Origin: Mantamonas sphyraenae STR306
Taxonomy: Eukaryota > Protista > CRuMs
NCBI GenBank assembly: GCA_026936335.1
Contig: JAPMXV010000045.1
Location: 1 to 64,000 of the forward strand
Direction of reading: 5' to 3'
Length of the DNA: 64,000 bases
The notes under the pieces were generated by a model, which ran no database searches, was not told the DNA's origin, and saw only the letters and a program-made list of their open reading frames with translations. Both the position numbers and the translations under genes were made by a program. The stretch's first letter is position 1. Every line of letters starts with the position of its first letter. Shown one piece after another: positions 1-11,418 of the stretch.

Positions 1-142
1 CCTAACCCTAACCCTAACCCTAACCCTAACCCTAACCCTAACCCTAACCCTAACCCTAACCCTAACCCTAACCCTAACCCTAACCCTAACCCTAACCCTA
101 ACCCTAACCCTAATCCTAATCCTAACCCTAACCCTAACCCTA
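1..142. repeat. Telomeric repeat array (CCCTAA)n / (TTAGGG)n, chromosome end
   Basis: Uninterrupted CCCTAA hexamers from base 1, with two TCCTAA variant units near 112-125 just before the junction with unique sequence. Confidence 0.98.
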
Positions 143-408
143 TCTCCGTGTCTACCATTGGTGTTGGGTTCCGGTCTATGTCGTGTGAGTTGTGCTCGTG
201 TTAGCTGGCAGGGTGGCTGAGTTGGGTGGTGACATGGGGCAGTGGGCAATGGGTGGGAGTGGAAATGTCGCTGGTGAGTGGCCGTCGTCCTGCAACGCTG
301 TGCAGTCAGCACTGCCCATCCGCCTTCAACCAAAACATCACCAACACCCACAACACCCTCCACCAGTCCAACACAATCCACATACACTCCAGTATCAGCG
401 CCACCACC

Positions 409-3400
409 ATGGAGAAAGACTACCCAAGTACTCCGAAGCAACAACACACACCCAACACCTACCCAGCGTGCGTTCTGCCTTCCACTCCGTTTTCTGACTG
501 CCCGCTGCTCCCGCTCCCTTACCTCCTCCATGCCTCTGTCGCTCCTGCACTCCTCCCCTGCTTCTCCACTTCCCAATCACCCCCGCTGCTGCCTTCTCCG
601 CTCTTCTCCGTTCCCTTCTCCTCTGTCACTGCCCTCCCCGTTGCCAGTTTCCCGGTCTGCCAATCGCCACCGTTTTCCCTCTTTACCCGTTCCAGCCTCC
701 CTTCACCCCCGCTTCTGCTCTGACGGCGTCCGTTCCGCCTTCTGCTCACCGGTACCACCCCGCCTTTCCCCTCCCCGTCTCCCCACAGCTACGGGTATAT
801 GGTCCCTCCCATGGCTGCCCAGCCGTTTCCGAACATGCTGCCCGTCTCTGGCGTAAAAAACCCGTACCAGCACCCACAACCACCCATCATCTGGGTCCCT
901 GTCAACACCCATTCCCAGCAACACCACCCATATGCTCATCAGGGCCAACCATACTACGCCTACTCTCCTCCGCCGCCTCCTCAGCCGCGACAAACCGCCC
1001 AGGTGCACTTCGCTCAGCCTCCGTTGCACCCTCCGCCTGCTCAACCCACCACAAACCACAACCGCGTCCCCAAACGCATCAGCCCTGCCTTTGTTGGCAT
1101 CACACGGACCACATCCACCACCACATCGTCGTCATCCTCCCACCAGGCCACACGGCAGGCTGGAGACAGCGATGACGTGGACGCAGACCAGGACACACAC
1201 ACACATGACACCGGCGACGTGGAGGATCTGATGTTCCTGAACTTTGGCCACCATGAACCACGGTCAATGACCAGCAACTCAGAGTGGATGACCAGCTCAT
1301 GGATGGAGGCGTACGAAGAAGACGGCGAGGCAAACGACGCAACCCAGCAGTACGTGGACGACGAGTTGGAAACTCAGGGCCCACTCAGCTTTACAGACAC
1401 TGGTGATGCCATGGATGAGGAGTACATGCCGCAAGACGACAGCGACGACGACACAGACGACATGGAGCAGGAGGACAGGGACGAATGGCAGCCGAGACGC
1501 ACAAGCAGCAGCCGCACACGACGTCGCAGAAGCCACAACAGCCGTCGCACTGATCCACAACCGATGAAAGGCAGCGGACAGCGCAGGCTCAGGGTCACGG
1601 CTGGCAGTGGCACAGAGACAGGAACGTCGAGCACACTGGCAAGGAGGGCCAAGAACGGAGACACCGGCGCACGGAAGAAAGCAGGCGTGGACAAGACCAA
1701 CAAGTTGCCAGATGGTGTTGTGCGCAAAGGGTGGACAGCAGGACACAGCGACGAGCGCAGCTGCAGCAACAAGAAGGAGCACACGGCACTGCTGAACCAC
1801 ATGCACACTCTGGCCAATGAGCATCCCATCGACGACATTCCAGACCTCATGACCCTGCAGGCGCGCGTTGTGGTCTGCCATGGCACCCTGACCACGCTGG
1901 TCCGACAGATTCAGCTCGCTCTGGGCAACATTCCTCTCTCCCAGGGCGACATGACCTTTTGCCTCGCCCTTCTCGGCCGTGACATGGATCAAATGGCGTG
2001 CAGCGCTGTCATCTACCACGCTGGTTTGGCCGTGGGTGTGACAAAGGCTGGGTTGAAGGTGTGCTGGCTGGAGGAGCCACACGATCACGGCGACCCCAAC
2101 TACGCCCTTCTCCACATGCTCATGACCGAGATGGACACGCTCGGCAACAGCCCGCAACCTACCACCTGGAAGGAGCACGAGCAGACCCAGCTCTGGCTGC
2201 AGGAAGCACGACGCCCTGCTGACATCGACTGCGACCCACACTGGACACAATGCGACTACGACCACCACCTCACTACCATCAATGTGGAAGAGTGGCATCC
2301 CGAGTCTGTGCGCAGTGGCTGGGCAAAGTACAGTCCCAGCGACGAGCGTGGTAGCTGCACGGCGCGGGAGTTCCAGACACTGCTGGCACACATGAAGGCA
2401 CGCGCAGCCAAGCACCCTCGCCATCAGCACACAAACGAGCACCATGCACTGCGTGAGCTGATCAACACCGGTAGCCAGCTGTCCCTGGTGCGACACATCA
2501 TCCTGGCGCTGGGCAACGTTGGCGTGCCGCCTGTCGACCTGGCCTTCTTTGTCCGCCTTCTCAGGCCACAACTCACCTACAAACAGGTGAAAAGTGCAGT
2601 CAAGGACACCCTCACTCGCGGTGTTACCTCCCTCTCCCTCAAGATCGCCTGGCTTGACAACCCCCAACCCAGCGACGCCACACTGCACACCCTCCTCCAC
2701 ACCCTCATCGACCGCATCACACCCCACATCACCACCCGACCAACCACCGTCCACGCCGTAAACGCCCTCCGGATCCATAAGCTTGTTCTGCCCAAGCCCA
2801 CAGAGGAAGAGGAGATGATGGTCGTGGAGGATGGACTGCCAGATGGCGTTGTGTGCAGTGGCTGGACAAACTGGCGCAAGAGCGAGCGCAGCCACAGCAA
2901 CAAGAAGGAGCACACGGCACTGCTGAACCACATGCACACCCTGGCCAATGAGCATCCCATCGACGACATTCCAGACCTCATGACCCTGCAGGCGCGTGTT
3001 GTGGTCTGCCATGGCACCACGACCACGCTGATCCGACAGATTCAGCTCGCTCTGGGCAACATTCCCCTCTCCCAGGGCGACATGGCCTTCTTTCTCACCC
3101 TTCTCGGCCGAGACATGGATCAAAATGCGTGCTTCCTTGCCATCAAAGACGCTGGTCTGGCCATGGGTGTGACAAAGGCTGGGTTGAAGGTGTGCTGGCT
3201 GGAGGAGCCACACGACCACGGCGACCCCAACTACGCCCTTCTCCACATGCTCATGACCGAGATGGACACGCTCGGCAACAGCCCGCAACCTACCACCTGG
3301 AAGGAGCACGAGCAGACCCAGCTCTGGCTGCAGGAAGCACGACGCCCTGCTGACATCGACTGCGACCCACACTGGACACAATGCGACTACGACCACCACC

Positions 3401-3984
3401 TCACTACCATCAATGTGGAAGAGTGGCACCCTGTGTCTGTGCGCAGTGGCTGGAGCAAGACCGCAGACGAGCGTGGCAGCTGCTCGGCACGGGAGTTCCA
3501 GACGCTGCTGGCACACATGAAGGCACGCGCAGCCAAGCACCCTCGAAACCAGCACACACACGAGCACCAGGCACTGCGTGAGTTGATCATCAACGGCAGC
3601 CTGCTGTCCCTGCTGCGACACATCATCCTGGCGCTGGGCAACGTTGGCGTGCCGCCTGTCGACCTGGCCTTCTTTGTCCGCCTCCTCCGGCCACATCTCA
3701 CTTACAGGCAGGTGCAAGGTGCCATCAGCCACACCCTCACCCGCGGCGTCACCTCCCTCTCCCTCAAGATCGCCTGGCTCGACAAACCCGAACCCAGCGA
3801 CGCCACACTGCACACCCTCCTCCACACCCTCATCGACCGCATCACACCCCACATCACCACCCGTCCCACCACCTATACACTCGTCGACGCCTACCCCATC
3901 CCCTCCTTCACCCTCCCCAAGCGCAAAGACCCTTCCTCCTCCTCCTCCTCCTCCTCCTCCTCCAAACGCCAACGCGTCGAATGA
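409..3984 (+). CDS. Telomere-adjacent orphan protein with Pro/Gln-rich and acidic N-terminus and a tandemly duplicated ~377-aa bipartite domain
   Basis: Predicted exon 1 is 409-467 (gccaccaccATGG), intron 468-788 (GTGCGT...pyrimidine-rich...ccccacAG), joining in frame to ORF 799-3984. Internal duplication with an offset of 1131/1125 nt. No family recognised. Confidence 0.7.
1705..3920 (+). repeat. Intragenic tandem duplication, 2 x ~1.13 kb, near-identical over long stretches
   Basis: For example, AAGAAGGAGCACACGGCACTGCTGAACCAC occurs at 1771 and 2902. Protein blocks such as NKKEHTALLNHMHTLANEHPIDDIPDLMTLQARVVVCHGT occur twice. Confidence 0.95.
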
Positions 3985-4105
3985 ACCACCCTTTCATTCT
4001 CTCTCACCCTCTACTCTCCACCCACCCCATCACCCTGTCGATCCCCTCATCCGGCGGTGTCACCCGCCCCCCCCTCTTCCCGCACACGCCCAACAAAACC
4101 ACCCA

Positions 4106-5419
4106 ATGTCGCAAGGCTGGCCCTATTACCAATACCCGTACGCCCCGCCCACCCCCTCCTCCCTGCCCTCCCCCACTCACCCCCTCAATCCCCCCCACCT
4201 CCCCCCGCCCCGCCCCAGGTACGGCTCGCCGCAGCCACCTCCCCAATACACCCAGCCACACCCATATGCATCCTACTACGAACAGCCACCCCACCCCTAC
4301 CCACCCTACGGCATGCCGTACCCACCACACCCACCACCATACCACCCTCAGCCGCACTACCCGCCTTATCATCACCCGCATGCCCATCCATCCGCCGCAC
4401 CAGGCGGCCCCTACCCTCACCACCAGGATCACATGCCCAACGACGACGCCTTCATCAAAGAGACCCCCGACGGCACCTTTGTCAGTCTGGACGGCCAAAC
4501 CTGGACACCCATGGACGAATTCGTGAGACAGAAACGAAACCCTCCCAATTCCACCGAGTCCCGCCCGTCTCGCAAGCGAGACCGCCCCTTTACCGTGCAC
4601 CGCGACTATGCCCACGGCGTTGAAGACGTTCCCACCACCGATGACGACCGTTCTTCAACAGGCGCCGCCTCCAAGAACTACGACCAGGGAGCCAAAACGC
4701 ACCACAGCCCCTTTCGCCGCCGCCGTCGCCGCCGTGCCCGTTCTCACTCCTCATCATCCGACGACTCGTCCACGTCCTCCTCCAGCTCTTCCCCCAAACC
4801 CACGTCATCACGCCACCACCGACCCACCCGCACATCCCGCCGCAAGCCGCGTGCCTCTTCCTCCAGCCGTCCCTCGCGAACCACAAACCCGTCCACTCGC
4901 CGCCACCGCTCCAAACGACGTACCCAACCTCCCTCCGACTCCGACTCGGATGACTCCACTTCCTCCTCCAGCCCTCCAACCCCTCCCCAAAGCCGCCGCT
5001 CTCCACGCCGCCCTCCACGCCGCCGCACCCCGCGAAACCCCACCTCTACCTCCGCCTCCACATCCACATCCTCCTCCTCCAAATCCAACCCTTCTAAACG
5101 ACGCAACGCACGCTCCCGCCCCACCACGACCGCCAAACCCACCCCACATCCGAAAACTACCACTCCTTCCTCCACTCCCTCCACGTCCACAACCACACTC
5201 CCGCCTAAACGAAAGCACTGGCATCTAACCCTCCCGATCCTGCCCAACGATGACATGGCATGGGCCACCAGCAAGCGCCAGCGTGTGACCGCCTCCTCGT
5301 CCTCCTCCTCTTCTCCTTCCCACCCCTCCCCAGTCTCTCCCACCAAGAAGCGAGTCCAACAACGCCTTGCCCTCTGGACCAAGGGCTACTCGTCTCCTCC
5401 CTCTGCAAACCTTGAGTGA
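4106..5419 (+). CDS. Low-complexity Pro/Tyr/His-rich then Ser/Arg-rich hypothetical protein
   Basis: ATG 4106 (MSQGWPYYQY) within ORF 3644-5419. Only short globular-looking patches (FIKETPDGTFVSLDGQTWTPMDEFVR). No known domain seen. Confidence 0.55.
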   Translation: MSQGWPYYQYPYAPPTPSSLPSPTHPLNPPHLPPPRPRYGSPQPPPQYTQPHPYASYYEQPPHPYPPYGMPYPPHPPPYHPQPHYPPYHHPHAHPSAAPGGPYPHHQDHMPNDDAFIKETPDGTFVSLDGQTWTPMDEFVRQKRNPPNSTESRPSRKRDRPFTVHRDYAHGVEDVPTTDDDRSSTGAASKNYDQGAKTHHSPFRRRRRRRARSHSSSSDDSSTSSSSSSPKPTSSRHHRPTRTSRRKPRASSSSRPSRTTNPSTRRHRSKRRTQPPSDSDSDDSTSSSSPPTPPQSRRSPRRPPRRRTPRNPTSTSASTSTSSSSKSNPSKRRNARSRPTTTAKPTPHPKTTTPSSTPSTSTTTLPPKRKHWHLTLPILPNDDMAWATSKRQRVTASSSSSSSPSHPSPVSPTKKRVQQRLALWTKGYSSPPSANLE

Positions 5420-5471
5420 CAAGCATGCGAATGAACCACCGCACCTCCCCGTTTCCCGCCAACCCAACACC

Positions 5472-6764
5472 ATGTCCAACGCATTCCCCCTCACAAACGC
5501 TGTCAGCGTCGACGAGAGCGCCAGCGACATGGACGACTCCACTCTCGCCTCGCTCGTCACCTCTCTTGCAGACAGCTCCACCGTCCACGAGCTCAACTTG
5601 CAAGGAAACGCAATCACCTCGGCCGGCGCAATCGTCCTTTCCGACGCCCTTGCCACCCACCCGTCCCTCACCTGGCTCAATCTCGCTGGCAACCGCATCG
5701 ACGACGACGGTGCAGAAGCCCTCGCCAAGGCTCTGCACACAAACACTGTCCTCCTCTGGCTCAACCTCGCCAACAATCTCCTCCAAGCAAAGGCCGCCAC
5801 CTTTTTCGCCGCCGCGCTTGCCCAAAACTCCACCCTTCACACCCTACACCTCGGCCGCAACTCCCTCGGACCCGACGGTGCGGTTGCCATTGCTGCCGCC
5901 CTCAAGGACAACTCTTCCCTCACCACCGTCTTTCTGCGCGCAAACTCCCTCGGCGACACAGGCGCCGTCGCCATTGCAGACGCCCTCACCCTCAACGCAA
6001 CCGTCGTCCGCGTCAATCTCGCCCAGAACGCCATCTCTGACACGGGTGCAGACTCCATTGCAAAGGCCCTCCAGCTCAACGCCGCCCTCCAGCACATCAG
6101 CCTCGCCGACAACGACATTGCCGACGACGGCGCCGCCTCTATCGGTCAGGCACTGGCCCATAACCACACCTTGCAAAGCCTCGACCTCAGCAACAACTCC
6201 ATCGGCCCCGAGGGTGCCTCGAAGCTCGCCCAGGGTCTTGCCCCAAACTCCACTCTCCAGAGCCTCGACCTGGGCTTCAACAACATCGAACTCCAGGGCG
6301 CAGAGGCCATGGCCGAGCTCATCAAAGAGTCCACCACCATCCAGGACGTCCAGCTGCAAAAGAACAACATCGGCGACGACGGAGCCGCCGCATTGGGCGA
6401 CGCCCTCAAGTCCAGCACCGTCTGCTGGAACCTCTTTGCCTCCCTTGACGATCAAGGCCGCGCCATCCTCAAGCGCAACAAGAAGAATGCCAAGGCCCTC
6501 CTCGCCGCCGCAAAAGAAAACGACCTCGACACCGTCAAGGAGCTGCTCGATTGGGGCGTCCACGTCGACGCCTGGCCCGACATGATCCACACACCCCTCA
6601 TGATTGCCGTCGATCACGAGTATGCCGATCTTTGTGCCCTTCTCCTTGCCCGTGGCGCAAATCCCCACGTTCGGCCCTCCGAGTCCGACGACACAGCCTA
6701 CACCCTCGCCCACAAGCACAACACCACCCATCTGCTCAAGCAACAAGACGACGACAGCATGTAA
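5472..6764 (+). CDS. RNI-like (NLRC3-type) leucine-rich repeat protein with C-terminal ankyrin repeats
   Basis: About 11 repeats of 28 aa (LxxLxLxxNxIGxxGAxxLAxAL), then ankyrin motifs (LLAAAKENDLDTVKELLDWG, TPLMIAVDHEYADLCALLLARGANP). Confidence 0.9.
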   Translation: MSNAFPLTNAVSVDESASDMDDSTLASLVTSLADSSTVHELNLQGNAITSAGAIVLSDALATHPSLTWLNLAGNRIDDDGAEALAKALHTNTVLLWLNLANNLLQAKAATFFAAALAQNSTLHTLHLGRNSLGPDGAVAIAAALKDNSSLTTVFLRANSLGDTGAVAIADALTLNATVVRVNLAQNAISDTGADSIAKALQLNAALQHISLADNDIADDGAASIGQALAHNHTLQSLDLSNNSIGPEGASKLAQGLAPNSTLQSLDLGFNNIELQGAEAMAELIKESTTIQDVQLQKNNIGDDGAAALGDALKSSTVCWNLFASLDDQGRAILKRNKKNAKALLAAAKENDLDTVKELLDWGVHVDAWPDMIHTPLMIAVDHEYADLCALLLARGANPHVRPSESDDTAYTLAHKHNTTHLLKQQDDDSM

Positions 6765-6793
6765 TCAACGCAATTTCTCTTTCACTCCTCCAC

Positions 6794-9700
6794 TCACTGG
6801 TCTTCCAAGCTCGCCGCAAGCACCGCCGCAAGCATCGCCTCCTCTTCCTCCGCCGTCGAGATATGGATCCCTGTCTCCTTCGGCCGCGCATCAATCACAA
6901 ACTGCGGCAGCTTGCTGCCTCGTTGCACCTCTGCGTCGCACCACAGCAGCGTGTCGCCGTCCTTCAGGAAGAGGTTGGCGTCCGCGCGCGGGCCCCAGCT
7001 CACGTTGCCCATGCTGATCGCAAGGACGCCGTCTCCCTTTGTCAGCGGCTTCTTCGTAAACTTCAGATCCTCCGCCGTCACGCCTGTATCGTGCAGGTGT
7101 TCCACACTCAGCAGCTGCGCAAGTTCCAGCATGTTCATGTTCACCGGCAGCAGCACCTCCTTGCGCGTCGTGTCTAGCTTCCATTCCTGTGGGTGCCACT
7201 GCTGAAGCAGCACGCTCGCGTACTCGTGGTCCACCTTTGGCTCCGGTCCTCCCAGCAGTTCCACGCACACCTTGTGCGAGTCGTGCAGCTGCGGCAGTCC
7301 TTCCACCATCGTTTCGCTGTCCAGCAGGATTCGCCCCGCGTTGTTGTCCACCCGCTCACGCAGCCTCAGATGCAGGCCCGACGTCGGCAAGTCCTCCTTC
7401 CTCAGCACCACAGCCTCCTCCTTCCGCTCCTTGCTTGCGTACTCCTCCGAACCCACAACCTCCGCCAGCTTCTCCCACAGCCGCTCCTTCACAGCCACCA
7501 CCGACTCGTCACGATGCACCACAAACTCAAACAGCTGCTCTGTAAACTCCTTACCCTTCACCTGCACAAACTGCCCGTCCTGACTCAACGCAATCAGCTG
7601 CGCCCCACTGCTGCTCTCCCCGCTGCTCTGCCCGCTCTCGTACACTCCATTCTGCACCTCGACTTCCACCGCCAGCCGCAGTGCCTCCAGATCTTCGGCT
7701 GCCGGACGGTACACGCTCACCTTGAGCGGGTATTGCCCGGGTTTCAGCGGCGTGCCCTTCACAAGAACCACCGTCGTGCCCTCGTACAAGCCACACTCGG
7801 TCAGATTCAAGTCGTCCTGCTTGTACTCCATCGTCAGCAGGCGTCGCTTCACCTTGAACCCATCCACAGGCAGGCCCACGCGTTCCGCAATCGCTGCTTT
7901 CAGCTCTCCCAGCGTACGCGCACGGTCAAACAGGATCGTCTGGTCGTAGCTCGCCTTCTGTTCGTCCTCGTACGGCTCAATCGGCAGGTTGTACTGGATG
8001 TCGATCAGCCGCTCCTCCACCTCCAGGTACTCGGTCAGCTTCGTCGATCCCATCACCCCCTCCTCGTTGTACTCCACAAACACAGTCTGGTCCTCGCCGA
8101 TGCCCAGCATCAGCATTGTCCACGTGCCCTCCACCTCGGCCGGGATCTCTGTCAGCCCCACGTTCTGCAGCGCGTTCCTGTGCGACACCTTTTGCTTCTC
8201 CGCAGGGATGCCTGTTGCTGCCTCGATCTTTTCCTGCAGCTCTGCGTACGTCGTCATGATCGTCACTTGCTCCATCACGGCCTCCTCCAGGAACTTGTGT
8301 GCGTCTGCGGCCACTTCTTCCGCCCCTTCCTCCAGGCCCAGCTGCCGGTCCACGTACTCGTCCGTACGCGTCACCTTCATGTCCGTGTGCATGCGCATCT
8401 CACGCACCTCCTGGAACTCTGGGTTGTACCGAATGATCGCCACAGGGTACGTCGGCAGCTCGACCTCTGCAAACGTCTCTCCCTCCCCGACGGTTTCCAG
8501 CACCAGGTTCATGTGAGGGTACCATCCCAGGCTCTCGATTGCCGTCTCCCCCATGTCTGCGTACGCACGCGTCGCCACCCGCTGTCTCTTGTCCCACCCG
8601 CGCAGTCGCGCTCGCTCCGCACCCATTTCCAATCCCAGCTGCTTCAGCACTTCTGGCACGGCCTCGTTGTAGCTCAGGTGCTTGTTCACATCCACCTTGC
8701 TCACACGGTATCCGTCTTCGTCCACTGTCTCTGCCGTTGCCTTTGCTTTCGCCTTTTCCGCATCCTTCTCAGCCTTTGATGTGATCTTTGGCGGCGGCGG
8801 CGGAGGAGGAGGCCCTCCCGCTCCCGCTCCCGCTCCACCTCCACCTCCACTCGCTCCCTCCGCCTCCCCTTCTCCCCGTCTCCCCCTTCCCCTCCTTCTC
8901 CCCCTTCTCCCCCTTCTCCCCTTCCCCTCCCCCTTCCTCCCCTCCATCCACCTCCCCTTCCTCCTCCTCGGGCTTCCAGCGAATCACCAGACGCAGACTC
9001 TCCAGCTTCCGGTCTGCATCGGCCTTCTTCTCCAGAAACTTCTCGTTCTCCTCCATGATCGTCGCGTACAGCTCGCTGGGAACCACTTTCTTCCCGTGCT
9101 CCATCACCTCCTCGATATGCTCCTGCCCCGCACCCTGGCGCCTGTACAGAAGCATGTACGCGTTCTGCGTGATGCTCGGCAGTCCTTTCGACACGCCTTC
9201 GTCCCCCGTGTCCGACTTGACCTTCGACTTGCCCGCGTACCATCCGTACTGCGACCCGTACGCCTCGGTGTTCGACGCCGTGTCCTTGGCCGCTGCCTCC
9301 TCCAGCACGCTTGCATCCTCGTTTCCAAACAGCGCCGGGATGATCTCCGAGTTCAGCTTCGTCACATTCTCGTCGTTGAACGAGTACCACTCGCCGTCCT
9401 CGAACGAGCGGATGTACGCAAAGTAGTGGCCCGACCCGGACGAGCCCGTGTGGATCAGCACTGCGTACAGATCGTACATCAGCCCATCCTCGCTGCTCTC
9501 CTCCTTGATGTACGGCGCCATGTCCAGCGCCAGTGGGAACGCAAAGTCGTCCGACAACTTCACCCGGCTCAGCGAGAAAAAGTCAAAGTCGAACCGGTTC
9601 AGCTGAAAGATGATCACAGGCGGCACTGTGGCCACACGCATTCCCTTTTCCGCGTCCGTTTTGCGCCCGCAGTTGCTGCACGCGTACTGGTTGTCCCCGC

Positions 9701-10661
9701 TCAGCATCTCTCCGTAGTTGTACGTTTCCCGCAGCGAGTTTTCCAGGTTGCCCATCCCCTGGATGCGCACTCCGATGTTCAGATACTCCACTTGCATCTC
9801 GCGTCCCTGTCCCCTCCCCCCTGTCAGTCCACAGTCCGTTCTCCACGCCACCATCCTTTCCTTCCCTCGGAATTCCCTCCCACCACGCCTCCTCCCGCCT
9901 CCCACACCGCTCTCCCCTCCGCTCAAACTTACCTGGTGACATTCCTGGCAGTCAATAAAGTCCACCATGTTGCCTCGGAACAGATTGGTGATCGGCTCGT
10001 TCACGCCGGGCCCGCTCAACACCCGGCTCACAAATTCCTCTTGTTCTTCTTCGCTCGACCCACCTTCCTCGCTCGCCTTTGGCGTGTGTTCCTTGGCTTC
10101 TGCGTCCTCACGCTTCGACTCCTTGTCGTGCATGTTGTCAAACGCACTGAACAGAACCTGAGCAAGCTCCTGTACGTCCTGTTGCTCAAACGCCTGCGAA
10201 TCAGTCCACCCAAACGAAAACGTCAGATCCCGAGTTTCCAGCGACCCGTACTCCGAAAACGCCATCCGAGCAAACATCTCCTGCAGCTGCAACGGGATAC
10301 AACGCTCCTTGGCCCCGTGCACGCTGCTCTCGTATCGGAAACGGAACAGCCAGTGCCGAAACTCGGGCGTCATGTACAACGCCTGCAGAAGCGAGTTCAT
10401 GTAGCACGTGGCTCCCTGGTTCAGCAATCCCACGTGGCCCGACGGCCCCTTCCGACGGATAAACGCAATCGACCGCTTCGGCCGGTCGCTCGGATCCGTA
10501 GTAATCTGCACCTTGGCATGTTTCTTCGCCGACCCTCCTTTCTTCTCCTCCCTCTTTTTGATCTTTGGCGCAGGCGCCGGCGGCGGAGGCGGCCCTCCAG
10601 GGCCCTTCTTCGGCCCAGCGGCCTGCGCAGGCGGCGGTGGCGGCGGCGGTGGTGCACTCAT
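6794..10661 (-). CDS. Ubiquitin-specific protease, USP47/USP40-like, with C-terminal UBL-like region and terminal UIM
   Basis: Cys box GLLNQGATCYMNSLLQ, QQD box, His box HTGSSGSGHYFAYI...FND. In-frame intron 9807-9932. Continues into ORF 6794-8947 through a frame change near 8870-8890. Ends with EEEEAMLAAVLAASLEDQ (UIM). Confidence 0.88.
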
Positions 10662-10796
10662 CGTTGGTTTCTCCTTGAAGAATGAATGCTTCCTCGACAA
10701 AAAAAAGTCTGTTGGCTGCCCAGCCGCACCCGTCCACCCAACCCCTCCCAAACCCACCACCCCTCCCAAACCCACCCCCAACCCACTCACCTTTAC

Positions 10797-11414
10797 ATGT
10801 CTGCCGAGGAGACCTACTTTGCAGAAACCCAGGCCGCGACTGCCACTCTCAGCAACCTCCCGCAAGGAGGTCCCGGCCGAAACACAGCCCTCCAGACCGT
10901 CCAGACCTCCATCAACGCTGCCAGCTCTGCTCTCGCCGAAATGCGCCGTGCCAAACATCCAAACCTCGCCATCTACGAGCGCGACATGGCCCGTCTCCAG
11001 CGCCAAGTCCAGCGAGCAGGCCTCACTCATCACGTCGGCCACGTCCACGACGGCCCGGCCAACGAACACAACTCCTCCTCCAGCTCACAATCCTCCTCCC
11101 GCACAAAGAGCATGTACAAACCAAAGGCCCACTCCATTTCTTCCAGCTTCAAGCTTGGCGCAACCTCCCACAGCCTCAACCAGGGCGAGGACATCGCCAT
11201 CCTCTCTGAAATCCACGCCGAGCAGCGTAGCCTCGATGCCATGCGCACCTCAAACTCCCTCCTCGTCTCCACAGACTCACACATCCGCGTCACCGAGCGC
11301 GTCTGCCGCCTTTTGCAGCGCCGCCAAATCACAAGCCTGGTCACCTGGACTGCAGTCGTCCTCATCACCGTCCTCCTCCTCTGGCTGTGTTTCGGACTCT
11401 ACACCGCAAAGTGA
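10797..11414 (+). CDS. Tail-anchored Qb-type SNARE (Vti1-like)
   Basis: About 205 aa, helical N-terminus, heptad region ILSEIHAEQRSL...TDSHIRVTERVCRLLQRR, then a C-terminal TM helix LVTWTAVVLITVLLLWLCFGLY. Confidence 0.6.
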   Translation: MSAEETYFAETQAATATLSNLPQGGPGRNTALQTVQTSINAASSALAEMRRAKHPNLAIYERDMARLQRQVQRAGLTHHVGHVHDGPANEHNSSSSSQSSSRTKSMYKPKAHSISSSFKLGATSHSLNQGEDIAILSEIHAEQRSLDAMRTSNSLLVSTDSHIRVTERVCRLLQRRQITSLVTWTAVVLITVLLLWLCFGLYTAK

Positions 11415-11418
11415 CTCT

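Noticed and set aside
1297-3972. Long antisense ORFs (e.g. 1297-3972, 28327-32541, 34846-38325, 40278-42620, 11572-13971)
   Set aside because: They are shadow frames of real genes in GC-rich, codon-biased DNA, with no motifs of their own.
409-5419. Telomere-associated retrotransposon or helicase (TART, SART or Y'-like)
   Set aside because: No reverse transcriptase YxDD context, endonuclease, gag knuckle or helicase motifs in either ORF.
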